DNA of 64,000 bases from Octopus vulgaris. Its lineage: Eukaryota. Shown one piece after another: positions 12,631 through 25,956 of this stretch. The notes below the pieces were generated by a model, which did no database searches, was not told where the DNA came from, and saw only the letters and a program-made list of their open reading frames with translations. The first letter of the stretch is position 1. Each line of letters starts with the position of its first letter. The DNA lies in the NCBI GenBank assembly GCA_951406725.2, contig OX597823.1:24366001-24430000 (forward strand). The letters run 5' to 3'. Both the position numbers and the translations under genes were made by a program.

Positions 12631-14494
12631 GTAACATAAGCTGCTTCTTTTTTGTACTCTCTGCCTATGTAATTTTGTTTTAATTTTGTATTAAATGTGT
12701 TTGTCAGAGGAAGATTGACTGAATGTGTGACAAGTTCCTCAGTGGTTGTGGTTGTTGGTGGGGAAGCTCTAGTTATCCTCAGACCAGAGATCACACAAAT
12801 GCTTACAGCAAAATGGACGTCATAAATTATACCCAAGAGCCAGGTAATGGTATTAAACTAGATGATGGATTAAGTCCACCGAGCAAGAGCTGGAAGTGTG
12901 AACAGTTTTTTCCTTCTGCTGCAGGCTTCCACATTACTTGCATCCTGTATATTTCATCCACAAAGCTTAGTTATGAAGTGAATTTTTAACCATGCAGACT
13001 AAACTCTACCTACTTCAATATCATTGTAAACTTATTACCTCCAAAGCTAAATGTCTGCAACTCATCTTGATAGCCATTCTGTTATTCAAATCTCTGCACA
13101 GTATAATATCCCATTTCTTCTTTACTAAAACTCAGCAGTTCTTATAATCTTCCAATCTACCACCCTTCATCATAATATTACTACTAATGCAAATAATAAT
13201 GATTTCTGATTTAAGCACAAAGCTAAGAATTTCTGAATGGAAGTGTTTAATCAATACCATCAACCCTGAAATTTGGTTGCAATTCACGTTATTTACCCCA
13301 ACTTATATGAAAGGCAAAATTGACTTTGGTTTGATTTGAGCTGATAGCCAACAGAACCTGATTACATATTGCAAAGCATTTCTTCCAATTCTCTAACTTG
13401 TATGCATCTCCACATGATCATCATCACCATCATTTAACATCTGTTTTCTATGCTGGCAAGTTTTGGACAGTTTTATACTGTCCAATTAACTGCAGAGCTG
13501 CATTAGGCCTAATATCATCTTTGACATGGTTTTTAGAGGCTTTCCTAGCACTAACCACTTTACAGTGTGTACTGGATCCCTTTTGTTGGTATTTGTAAGG
13601 TCACAAATAACTTGCAACACGAAATAAAGAAAAGGAAACAAAAATCTCCCTCAACTGAGTGGGAGTGTTTTGAGAGAGCAGGACGTAGATTTGTGCCATG
13701 TGTTGAAGGCTAAGGTATGATAAAGTGACAAGCATAGGTATCTTGCTATAGAGGAGATACACTGCTTTTCCATATTATGTGATGATGGGTAAGAGTAACA
13801 GGAAGATAGATTAAAGTTGGTGATAGCCGAGTACTAGATCTTGCTCTCAAGGTAAAAGATGATGAATATAAAGGAGAATGTAGATTGTGGATGAAGAAGG
13901 AAGAAAAGGATAGATAATTTCATAAAGGTGTGGGAAGACATTGCACTAGAAGTGGGTGTATTGAGTGATAAAAGAAGGTGAAGCTTTGGCTGATGGTAAG
14001 TATCGGTATGAAGAGAGAGGTGAAAGATAGAAGTGGCACGGCAAGGAGGAGGTGACAAACTGCAGGACAGAAGGAGTAGAGGAGGTGACAAACTACAGGA
14101 CAGAAGGAGTATCATATATCTGCAAACAGATCAGAAAGTAGGGAGAGGGAGGTGAGGAGGTGATGATAGGGGTCTGAGGGTGGCTTTAGTAAGTGGGGCA
14201 AAAAATATCAGGGTGGGGTAATCGATAGCAAATATGAGAAGGTATAGAGAATGATAGCAAACGGGAGAGGTGTTAAAGATGAAGTATGGTAGATCTAAGC
14301 TGTTGTTCAAAGAGGATGTAGAGATTACTGAAGGCACTAAAAGAGGGTGGTCAACTGAAAAGAGCCTGAGGAGGGGATGATTATGAGAGTGAGGTAATCA
14401 GTAGTGCCAAAGTGAGGTTGAAGTGTGTGCTGATTCTGCTTTCAAATGATTCCAGCAGCTGAGTAGTACTATGTACACATTAAAAATAAAGGTG

Positions 14495-15000
14495 AGGATG
14501 ATGATGCAATCCTCTTGAATGTAGTAGAATCTCTATCTAGGGTTAGTTGAAAACACCCATAATCAAAGATCACCTTGAACTCCGAGGTCAGGTGTCCTCT
14601 CCAAGTATTGTTCTCTGAGCTACAGGTTTATGCACAATAATCCCCATTCACTTAAGCCACTTTTGCCACTGCTACTTTGCTTTCAATAATTTCCCTTGAG
14701 GACAGTGTGTTCCTCTCCATCCTCACCTTCGTTACAAATGAGATTTATAAATGTAGAGAAGGGATTGACTAAAGAGTAAAGTCACTGTTGTCTGACCATT
14801 TAACCTCATCCACCACACAACATCATTTGCTATAGCTACCACACAGAAAAACTGCTTTCTGCTTGCCTGAAGGAAAGTGTTGGGTAATCATACCACATAC
14901 ACCAGCAGCTGTTTGACAGAGTTTCATAACTCTGCAATGCTTGGACATTGAATGAATTTATGCACCTCAAAGAGGCCTGCTTGATAGCACTTACATGACT
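14495..15000. repeat. Ancient intronic segment co-duplicated with the gene unit (paralogs at ~44205-45000, ~63295-64000; continuation at 1-130)
   Basis: Shared blocks gaatct(c/a)tatctag, gt(g)tcct(c)tcca, tatagcta....cagaggaaaa, ggac(a/g)ttgaa. Bases 1-130 match 44885-45000. Confidence 0.75.
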
Positions 15001-15891
15001 TTAGATTTTATCTTGGACCAGTAGTGCCCTTTAGTAGTAGCATTGTCAATCAAAGAACTTCAAAATGTTATCCAAGGTGTTTGCTGATCAAAAGACAACT
15101 TCAGAAAAATATTCAGGGTCACTTCCTGCATGGAAACCAATAGCAAAGTGGTTACTTATTGAACCAACATATGGTTAATTAATGTTTTACTCCCCTCATT
15201 GTGTGGTGGAGGGGTAGAATTATGTTGATGTCTTATTTTGGCCATAAAATTCAGAAGAGAGAGAGCCTTGTGAAGATAATCACTTTTTTCATCTCATTTA
15301 AAGTAAAATTTCATCAAATTAAAATTTCTTAGCATGCTACTTTAAGTAGAGAGTGTCCATATTTACTACATAGTTATATGATTCACTAGATGGTGATGGA
15401 AGGGAAAGGATTTTTGATTTCCCAGACAAAACTTTTCAAAATAGTAAAGTGGTGAGTTACATTCTTTTACATTTTCAGTTCAAATCTAAACAACTATTAT
15501 AATTCTGAGGTTGATTTATTTTCATTTATATATTTACTACTCTGTGTGTGGCCTTCTGTTTGAGTTAGGAACCATTATCGTTAATATTGTTACCATCAAT
15601 AATAATTATAATTATTCTTGTTGTTAAGGGTAATAGGTCGACGCAATCATTTGAGCATCAGACGAAATGTGTTGTAGCATTTGTTCTGGCTCATTAGCTT
15701 CAGAGTTCAAATGCTGCTGATGTTAATTTTGCCCTCGCAGGACCAATGGAATATGATACTGGTCCGGTGTAGAAGCCAATTTCATTGATCAATTCCTACC
15801 TCAAAGTTTTGACTTATTTTCTATGATGGTAAATTATTATAGTTGTTGTTGATGTTATTGTTTATTGGTTTAAATTTTTCTTTAACTCTAG

Positions 15892-16131
15892 ATCCTCAGA
15901 TTCATTTTGTGAAAATAAAAGGTGCTGCTCTGGATGTACCAGGGAAGATATTGTGGAAGAAGAAAAATGTAACAACAAAAGCCTGTGCAGAAAAATGTTT
16001 GTCAGACAAAAAATGTCTATCATTTGAAATAAATAAAGAAATGGGAAAGTGTTTCTTATCAAAGCAAGCTGCAAGTTCCTCCAAGAAAATTAAGAAAGTC
16101 AAGAACAAAGATTACTACCAACGAGTGAAAC
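15892..16131 (+). CDS. Exon A2: PAN/apple domain type A, very Lys-rich
   Basis: ctctag| ... C|gtaact, 240 nt, within ORF 15843..16145. Confidence 0.9.
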
Positions 16132-18322
16132 GTAACTATTCTTAGTATTTTATTTTAAGAATTATCCTCTCCTCTTCTTCAGAAATTTGATTCCATTTGA
16201 ATTGCTTGGAATACTTATGGACAACTATTTCTGTAAAGATATTGAAGGTTCATCTGTAAAAGAAACAAAAAATATTAAGAATTGAAAAAATTCTAAAAAG
16301 ACATTGTCATACAGCATTTGTTCACCTTGAACACTTTTATGCAAGTTTTCAATTGTATATTGTGTGCATGTCAGAAAGGAAATTCCTGTTCTCTTTCTTA
16401 AATACAAATAGTTGTAGTAGTGGTGGTGGCAGTGGTAGAAGCAACAACTGTGGACTTTCTTCACCTCCCCATGTTGACATGGCTTTGACAGTACTGTTAG
16501 AACACAATGTCTCATATCTTGTAGCTGTGCTACATAATCCAATATACAGAATAACAGAAAAAAATAATACCAAGCTATGTAGTTGTGTATTTCCTATATT
16601 TTCTCAAGGATAATGTAGTAAGATACCCTTCCTGTCACCAACCATTATATCACATGAAGAGAGTACATTTTCCCATATTTCTGGAATCAGAGTAGTTATC
16701 TGCAGAGACAAAAGATGATTTTCTGCTTAAAGAACAACACAGCAAACAAAATCACTCAGTGCAGCTCAAGGATTTTGTCCTTTCCTGTTGAAATCCTTCT
16801 TTGCTGAAATCCTGGACATCAGAGGAAATTCACAAGTTTTAGTGATCTCAGTAGTCAAATATTAATGGTTGCCAGGATGTCATTGCTTATGATCAAACTT
16901 TCTGGCTCAAAAATAAAAGGTGGGATCCATTTCTCTGAATATTTATGTGGAACTTTAACTGAGCTGAAGTTGCAGATTTCACTCCAATATTTATTCTTGG
17001 CACTCTCAAGAAGTTCAAGCACATTCCCAGATCAGGTTTATACAGAGGTAAAATTCAAGCAATTTCAATAATATGAACAGCTATGGCATGAAAAGGTTTA
17101 GCAAGAAATGGACATGAATCTTCAGAGAGTTTGATTTAACCATACATTACTACCAATCTATGTTCAACAAAGTGGATATTACCTTAGAATAGAAGTCTGG
17201 TATCAGACAAGTAATATTCTTACAAAAAGTCTGAGGAGGAGAACAGATATCTTCATAGGAATTTGAGCTCCTTCTTCCAAGCTATAATAAAACATTACAA
17301 AAAGAATCTCCAATTCATCCTGAAATAGAGATATTTGTGACAGCATCCAATGCTGGGTTGGGTTTAATAAGAAGTTAGTATAAAAAGAGCATCTTCCACC
17401 TCCACACTCAAAAGATATTTAGAAAGAGGATAATTTGATTCAGTTCATCCTTCAAACTAAATATGTCCATGAATATAACAAGAGAATTTTTGTACTCCAT
17501 TTGACACCATTTCTCAGGCATGCTTAAGTATCAAAAGCTATTTAATGCAAAGTGTTAAGCTTTGTTACTCCTGTCTAGATAACCCAACATGCAGCATTGT
17601 GTGTTATAGCAGGAAAAGCATACACTTATCCAAATTTTATTGCAAATATCTTCTTGTGTCTGTCAAAATCACTCCACATCTCTACTGAAAGAATTCTGGC
17701 TATTTATGACAGTAATCTATAGAACAGCCTTCACTTCACATAGACTCATACCTATTAACTTCAAGAAGAGTTTCAAACAGCAAGCATACTCCTTCAAGTT
17801 CAGGTATAGGAAAAAGTCCACCTCTCTTGTTCTGTTTTATCTGAGGAGTTCAAGAACGGGAATTATTTTCCCATATAACTTCAAGTATACTCACCAAACC
17901 TACTCCCTAATCATGAGGCAATTATTGTTTCTTGGAAAAAAGGAATAGGTAGCAAGTGGTGGAGAGAAAAAAAATAAGTGGGAAAAGACTGAATGATATA
18001 GCATTAAAGAGGATGGAAAGTAAGGGTATACTAGTAAATAATTAAATAGAAAAATAAATAAATAACTGAAATGGTGAAACATATATAGGAACTAAATATT
18101 TATACTGGTTTTTATCTTATTTCCCATTATGCATGCTCTGTATATTATAATTAGTACACTGCTAAGTACAGTGGAAAGAATATCCACTACACTAGAAAGA
18201 TAAATAATAAGGGTAATCTACATGGAGAACTCTAACTGATACAATAGTAGCTATATATATAACTGTACACACAATATAGATAGACAGACACACAGACAGC
18301 AATGTATATATATATATAAATA

Positions 18323-19640
18323 CTAGCAGAGACTACCAGCATTTCCCGTGTTACATACAATTGAAGAATTAGACTTTTCTGTTATATTTTCTGGAATGAA
18401 CTGGAATATCTATGTTTCAAATTTCATCAAAATTGCAGATGAGGGTTATTTCCCTCTTTACACACCCTAAAAAAATTGTAATCGTGTCACATATATCCCA
18501 TACTACTGATTTTTATGTGCATATTCCAAAATTCCAGTCTTATTGAACCTGTTAAAAAGATTTTGCTCCTGAAAAATGGAGTTCAAGGAGCTCTAAAATG
18601 TGAGAGTTAAGGCCCCTGTTGGGGGTGGGCATCTTAATTTCAACCAGAGAAGTTAAACTGTTGAGAATCTTGTTAACTTGGGTTTAATATCTATTGTTTG
18701 AATTTCTTTGAAATAGGAAATATATATTCACTGGGTTTGTAAAAGAGAGCAAAGCTACCGGAAACCAAAAGACGAATGATCACAATAAGTAGTCAGCTAC
18801 CCTACCCTAGTCGTTACCACTCCCAATATAGTATTCCTCACCATCCAGGTGACAGGCACAGCCGTAAGATGCATTGCGAATCTATAGCAATTGGAAGGGC
18901 ATGACCCATCTGAAATAAACATTAACAACTGTGTGACATGAGGGCTAAGGAGAAATGAAAGTGTCACCTCTGGAGTTTGCAAATAACCACTATACTGATA
19001 TGTAACTGGACAGAATAAATTTACGATCTATAAATATCTTTGAATAACCAGTCACTCATCTGGGAAGGCCTTGAAATCAATGTTACCATCTGGGGACTAT
19101 GTGTGACCCTGTGATAATAAAAAAACTGAAAGGAGGTCTGCAATCAAATAACTTTACTCAACACTTAGCAACTGAATCAATGGAGTCAAAGATGCTTCTC
19201 ATTTACTCGACAATTTATGCACTACATTGCAGAAACCACAATGTAAGTGTATGTCAAAGCAAACTGTTACACTGTTGTACCATTGAATTAAAAATAATGC
19301 TCATCTTTTATGCTCGGGTAACCCTACAGCTTCCAAGAGCACAACTGTATTCATTTTTGCTTAGATAAAATGACAAAATTGTGGGTATTAAGTCCCCATG
19401 GAGGGGTCTTTCTAAGTTGTAAGATGATGAAATTTTATAAATATTACTTCATTTGTGTCTAAATTTTATGGTTAAAATTTTATCAAGAGCAAAAATATAT
19501 GAGTTGTCATGGGGGTTATGGCACTTATGCATAGAATATAATTTCCAAATTTCATAAAGATCGATTCAGTACTTTTGACCTAGTTTTGGATCATAAAAGA
19601 AATGACTAAAATTGGGTGTTAAGGCCCCCATAAGAGTGTT
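18323..19640 (-). mobile_element. Probable non-autonomous Helitron
   Basis: Reverse-strand 3' end ...cacgggaaatgctggtagtctctgCTAG|T at 18323, inserted next to a TA run; internal aaatttcat and ttaaggcccc repeats. 5' end uncertain. Confidence 0.5.
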
Positions 19641-19664
19641 ATATATATATTTTTATATATATAT

Positions 19665-22084
19665 ATAAATAATAATAAATATTAGGGAATAAATCCAAAT
19701 TTACAGGGAAAAAATCAGATTTAGGATTAAATCCAATTTTATAGTAAAATATTATATAATATTAATTAGAGACAAAACCACTATTTTGCAAAACAAACAA
19801 GGGAAGACTTAATCAATACATAACATTTTAATAAAAAGTAAAAAAACCGCCACTACAATTGTTTCATGTCTTGATCGACAATCTTCAGGTGGATTTCCGA
19901 TCTAAAATATCAATATTTTAAAATATAAGTATAAAAAATAATTTTAAAATAATTAAAGTATCAATGAAAAAATATAAATATATAATCTATATATAACCTA
20001 TATATAATCCATATATAAACTAAATATATATAAACTAAAATAAACCTATCAACAATTAAATATAAAACAAAATAAAAATAAACTATATATACACCCATAC
20101 ACATATAACTAATTATATATAACCATATCTAAATACATACACTAACTCACACACCTATATATATATCCCTATACATACACATAAAAACGTCTAGGCAACG
20201 ATAAATAAATAAAATAGCCAAATACTTCAACACAATACTTATTCATACTCCCTCACACACACATACAACCCACATTCATAAACAATATACGTATACCCGC
20301 TCACACATACATATACAAACATACAGAACTCGATATATACACCAATATATTCACACCCACATCTATACAGATAAATAAATTACGCAAATAATCCCCCCCC
20401 ACACACACACACACATTCACACATACATAAACACTCAAAAGCAAAATAAACAATTCTTTGCACGTGGTGATCGAAGGTTTTTTTAAAAAAATTATGAATG
20501 GAATAATATATAATCAACTTAAATATACAGAATCTACTACAAAACACCAATAAACCATCATGATAAATGAAACCCACATACATATAATGATAAAACTCCC
20601 CCTACCATACACAATTACACCTATATAGCAATCCCATATACACATTCACACACAAATATACATACGTAAAACACACACACACAACATATACGTATACCCC
20701 CTCACATATACATATACATACTTACTAAACTCGATATATACAACAATATTTTCACACCCACACTCATACAGATAAATAAATTACACAACTAAAATACGCA
20801 CACACACACACATTCACACATACATAAACACTCAAAAGGAAACCAACATTACTACACATAATACAATATATAAAATACTTCATAATTAACCAGAATATCA
20901 TAAGTAACAAGATTAACATAAGGAGAAAAAATATACATACTTTCAAGTCAGTTTCAAATTATGAAGTGAAATTAAACTCTAGCCGTTAAAAACGTCAAAC
21001 AAAATTACGTTACCATAGGAACTTAACATATGTATAAAAAGTATTCGCGCTCTGGAAACGAACGTCATTTAAAATTATGAATGGAGAAATGGAATAAATG
21101 GAATTAAAAATTATATTCACGTGGTAAACGAACATTACTTAAAAATTATGAATGGAATAATGTAATAAAATAACAAACATCATAAATAGACATAAATTAC
21201 TACGAATTCTTTAATAAAACTACCATGATAAACTAAAACTCATAAATACATATAATGATAAAACCTCCCTTTACTAAACTCTATAACATACCTATATAGC
21301 AATCCCCCTAACCTATACATTCACATACAAATACACACACGTAAACCACACACCCACGACATATACAAATACCCACCTCACTCACACATACCTATACATA
21401 CGTATAAACCTCAATATATACACCAAAAACCCACTCCCACCCCACACAGACAAATAAACACATACATCCCCAAAAATGGGCGCAATCCCACGCACACCAA
21501 TCATGCATGTATACAATTGCACACACAAGAACAATACATAATCAACCCAAATATACAGAACCTACCACAAATCACCAACAAACCACCATGACAAATGAAA
21601 CCCACACACATACAATGACAAAACTCCCCCCACCATACACAATTATACCCACATAGCAATCTCCATATATACATCCACACACAAACACACATACGCAAAA
21701 CACACACACACAACACATACGTACACCCCCCTACATACCCATATACATACGTACCAAACCCGACATACACAACAATACGCTCACCCCCTACCATACACAA
21801 TTACACCTATATAGCAATCCCATATACACATTCACACACAAATATACATACGTAAAACACACACACACAACATATACGTATACCCCCTCACATATACATA
21901 TACATACTTACTAAACTCGATATATACAACTATATTTTCACACCCACACTCATACAGATAAATAAATTACACAACTAAAATACGCACACACACACACATT
22001 CACACATACATAAACACTCAAAAGAAAAACAACATTACTACACATAATACGATATATAAAATACTTCATAAGTAACCAGAATAT
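19665..22084 (-). mobile_element. Non-coding hammerhead-bearing (Penelope-like/retrozyme-like) element with internal ~300-bp CA-rich repeats, flanked by (TA)n
   Basis: Terminus homologous to 60022-60190. Hammerhead at 19850-19892(-). 20599-20898 is nearly identical to 21785-22084. Strong G depletion on + strand. Confidence 0.65.
19850..19892 (-). ncRNA. Minimal type I hammerhead ribozyme
   Basis: Minus strand reads CCAC CUGAAGA u UGUC gaucaa GACA u GAAA C AAUU G UA GUGG: intact core boxes, 4-bp stem I, 4-bp stem II, short stem III with palindromic CAAUUG, GUA cleavage triplet. This is the architecture described for Penelope-like-element minimal hammerheads. Confidence 0.8.
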
Positions 22085-22121
22085 ATGTATTTATATATAT
22101 ATATGTATTTATATATATATA

Positions 22122-22152
<31 letters not shown>

Positions 22153-22179
22153 ATAGATATAGATATATATACACCCACA

Positions 22180-23145
22180 CACATACAAAGATGAATTGAT
22201 AGATATAACTGACTGGGCAAACAAAAATATGAGACACTGCCTAGTGTTTTTTTTTATGTTGATAAGCCTGGTACTTATTCTATTAGTCTGTTCTTGTGAA
22301 ACCAGTAAGTTATGGGGATGTAAATAAATGAACAGTAGTTGTGAAACAGTGATGAGGGTGAAACACATAGACAATTGATTTCAGTTCCTGTCTAAGAAAT
22401 CCATATACATATATATGGATTTCTTAGACAGGAACTGAAACAAATCAATCATATTTATATGTATGTATATATGTAAGTGTATGTGTGTGTTTTTGTCTCT
22501 GTGTTTCATCCTCATCACTGCTTCACAACTGCTGTTCATTTATTTACATCCCCATAACTTACTGGTTTCACCAGAACAAACTAATAGAATAAGTACCAGG
22601 CTTATCAACATAAATATATATATATATATCGTTTAGCATTCGCTTTCCATGCTAGCATGGGTTGGACGGTTCAACTGGGGTCTGGGATGCCAGAAGGCTG
22701 CACCAGGCCCAGTCTTATCTGGCAATGTTTCTACGGCTGGATGCCCTTTGTATACACACACACGCACACACACAGAGACAAATTGATAGATACAACTGAG
22801 TGGGCAAAAAACAAAATATGAGACACTGCCTAGTGGGTTTTTTTATTTTGATAAGCCTTGTACTTATTCTTTCAGTTTCTTCTAGTGAAACAAGTAAGTT
22901 ATGGGGATGTAAATAAATGAACACCAGTTGTGAAGCAGTGATGAGGGAGAAACACAAAGACATACACATATACATAGATACATACATATATATACAATTG
23001 ATTTCTTTCAGTTTCTGTCTTCAAAATCCACTGACAAGGCTTTGGTTGGTCTGAGGCTATAGCAGAAGATGCATGCCAAGTTACCACACACTGGAACTGA
23101 AACATGTGTTTTGGAACCAAGTTTGTTACCACACAGCCACACCTG
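22180..23145. repeat. Direct-inverted-direct triplication of a SINE-containing segment, with a perfect hairpin at 22379-22440
   Basis: 22180-22400 matches 22765-23030 (direct, including flank aaatatgagacactgcctagtg). 22255-22405 is the reverse complement of 22415-22615. Confidence 0.8.
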
Positions 23146-23294
23146 CACCTATGTATGTGTGTGTGTGTATATATATGTATGCATGTATATATGTGTATAT
23201 ATATGTGTACATATTACATCTATATCTATAGAAATACATCTATACATATACATGTGTACATATACAGCTGTACATATACATGTATATATATACA

Positions 23295-23354
<60 letters not shown>

Positions 23355-23419
23355 AATTAAAATTTAAAATGATAAGGGTGAAAAATTGAATATTAATTTG
23401 ATTAATATGAATTGAAAAT

Positions 23420-23766
23420 CAGTGGTGTAGCATATAAGGCCATAGCGGATCTTCTGCTAGCAAAATGGATTTCCACTGTTAATGGTTCATCCCTGTTATA
23501 TAATACTTTCACTTTAATAGTTTCAGTATTAAAGTGGAAGTGTGTGACATTACAATAGAGAGATGTTTTTGTTTCACTTTGAACATGTAATACTGAAATA
23601 GTGGAGCAGATATGATATTGCTGTGAGCTTGCCCTAGGCAAGAAGTTAAAAATGTTTTTTGCCCATGACACTACATGGACCCATGTGTAAAATTTAAATG
23701 AAATTGGTTGTGTAGTTCTCAAGTTTTAGGGATTCACACAGACTGACAGACAGCCACACATTCTCA

Positions 23767-23780
<14 letters not shown>
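23420..23780 (-). mobile_element. Helitron 5'-end fragment, same family as 50994 element
   Basis: Reverse complement matches tatataaaactgagaatgtgtg..ctgtctgtc...aaaacttgagaactacacaaccaatttcatt at 51000-51260. Confidence 0.75.
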
Positions 23781-23821
<41 letters not shown>

Positions 23822-24052
23822 TCTCACATACATATAGACATGTATATGGTTGTGTGTATATAAGTTTTGTTTATTGTATGTATAGGAGGAAGGAATCTGG
23901 GGCCCTGTTTGTTTTTTCCTTATCAAACTCCAAATTGCTCAAATGCACAGGCAGAAAATTTGGGATGTGGTATTTATGTTTAATTCCTGCAGCTTTGGCA
24001 CACCATTTTCCTGCTGATATAATATATATAAATATATATATAGACATATATA

Positions 24053-24300
24053 TCATCATCATCGTTTAACGTCCGAGTTCCATGCTAGCATGGGTTGGAC
24101 GATTTTGACTGAGGGCTGGCGAACCAGATGGCTGCACCAGGCTCCAATCTTGATCTGGCAGAGTTTCTACAGCTGGATGCCCTTCCTAACGCCAACCACT
24201 CCGAGAGTGTAGTGGGTACTTTTTACGTGCCACCGGCACGGGGTCCAGTCAGGCGGTACTGGCAATGACCTTGATCAATTCTTTTTACACATGCCAGTGT
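24053..24300 (-). mobile_element. Short 3'-tail copy of the RTE family (SINE-like); further copies at ~6678, 10320, 13420, 22628, 29668, 59402
   Basis: catcatcatcgtttaacgtcc..ttccatgctagcatgggttggacg matches the 3' end of the RTE LINE at 34410. Confidence 0.8.
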
Positions 24301-25533
24301 AGTATAATATAATATAGATGTATAAACAAAATCAAAAATCAATAAATAGCAAGATACAATTATATAAAGCAAATTACCTCATTAAGAAAATCTCTGTAAG
24401 AGTTGAAAGCAGTATCTACACTGAGAAGTAATTTTTATTACCATCTAAACATGGGTGTCCTCTAAGAACATAGAATACTGATATTTCAACCCCAGGAGGA
24501 TGCCTCCTCCTGCTGGTTACCCAGTGTGCTTCGGACTCAATATATATTGCAAGTGGGAAGAGAACTCCCTACATTCCCAGTTATCAAGACCATCAGATCA
24601 TGAGGTTTCGACCTTATTATGATCATCCTTGGTGATAGATAATCATCTACAAGACATAGCAGTAGTACACCCCCCAGCTTGCAATATAAAGAAAATAAGT
24701 GACACACAATCACTGATTTTGCAACAAGCAAATTAGCTTGTTAAGAAAATCTCTATAAGGGATGAAAGTAATATCTATACTGAGAATTAATCTTTATTGC
24801 CATCTAAACATGGGTGTTCCATACATACTGCAAAATGGTGTGAACTGCTGCTATGTCTAGTAGACAAGTAGCCATCACCATAATAGAGTTCAATACTGCA
24901 TGGCCTAATGGTCTCAATAACTGTGATATTAGGGAGTTCTCTTTTGCTTGCAATATATATCAAGTGCAAAGTGCACTGGGTAACTCCTCTGGGGGTTAAA
25001 ATAGCTGTATTGTCAACTCTAAGAGAACATCCATGATTAGATTGTGATAAACGTTACAAATGTAAAATGTCTAAATATTTTTCCTAACTTTTATCTAATT
25101 TTGTTTTACATGCAGATTAATTTTTTTATATATATTTCGGTCATTTTTCAACAAATATAAATTTTTATTATGTTTGAGGAATTCATTATGATAGGAATGC
25201 TGCAAAGCATCGATTTCAAGTCATAAAGTGGCAGAGCTTGTCATACAGAGCAAAAATAAACAGGATTGGATCTGCACACAATTAAAGGAGAGGTGTACAA
25301 ATGTATTATTCACAGCCTAACTATGGAGACAAGATTTCAAATAAGTCTGAAGGTGTTCTACAAATCATATTCTGATTAGGGTGTCATTTTGCAGATCAAT
25401 TATTTGTTTTTAATAAATTGGCCATTTCGCACTACATGCTTTACAATATTTAACATATGCTAGGAAATGTGTGTGTGTGTTTGAGTGGGTAGATGTATAT
25501 GTAATATATTTCTTGTTTTCTATTTTGTTTCAG

Positions 25534-25770
25534 CTGATGAAGGGCCTATTATACTGAAAAAAGTTAGCATACCAATCCAGGCTACTTTAGGACGGCTTAA
25601 GGATAAGACCTTAATGAAGTGTAAAAAGGCTTGTCAACAATATGTAGGATGTAACTCTTATCAGTACAATGCTGATGATAAGTTGTGTGATCTGAGTAAT
25701 GTGACTCAGTTGAGTGATAATGTACTTAAACCCAATGATGGAAAGTGGGATATATACATAGCTAACCCAG
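25534..25770 (+). CDS. Exon B'2: PAN/apple domain type B' (DEGPIILKKVSIP...WDIYIANP)
   Basis: tttcag| ... CAG|gtcagt, 237 nt, within ORF 25485..25778. Confidence 0.9.
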
Positions 25771-25844
25771 GTCAGTAGAGTGTTTCCATTTTATTTATTT
25801 TGTGCATGCCTGTGTGTATTATCATATTCATGTGTGTGTATACA

Positions 25845-25926
<82 letters not shown>

Positions 25927-25956
25927 TATGTACACACATTATATATATATATATTA

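Noticed and set aside
19900-22084. Mitochondrial insertion (NUMT) suggested by strong strand skew
   Set aside because: No mitochondrial gene, rRNA or tRNA recognisable; carries a hammerhead and a terminus repeated at 60022.
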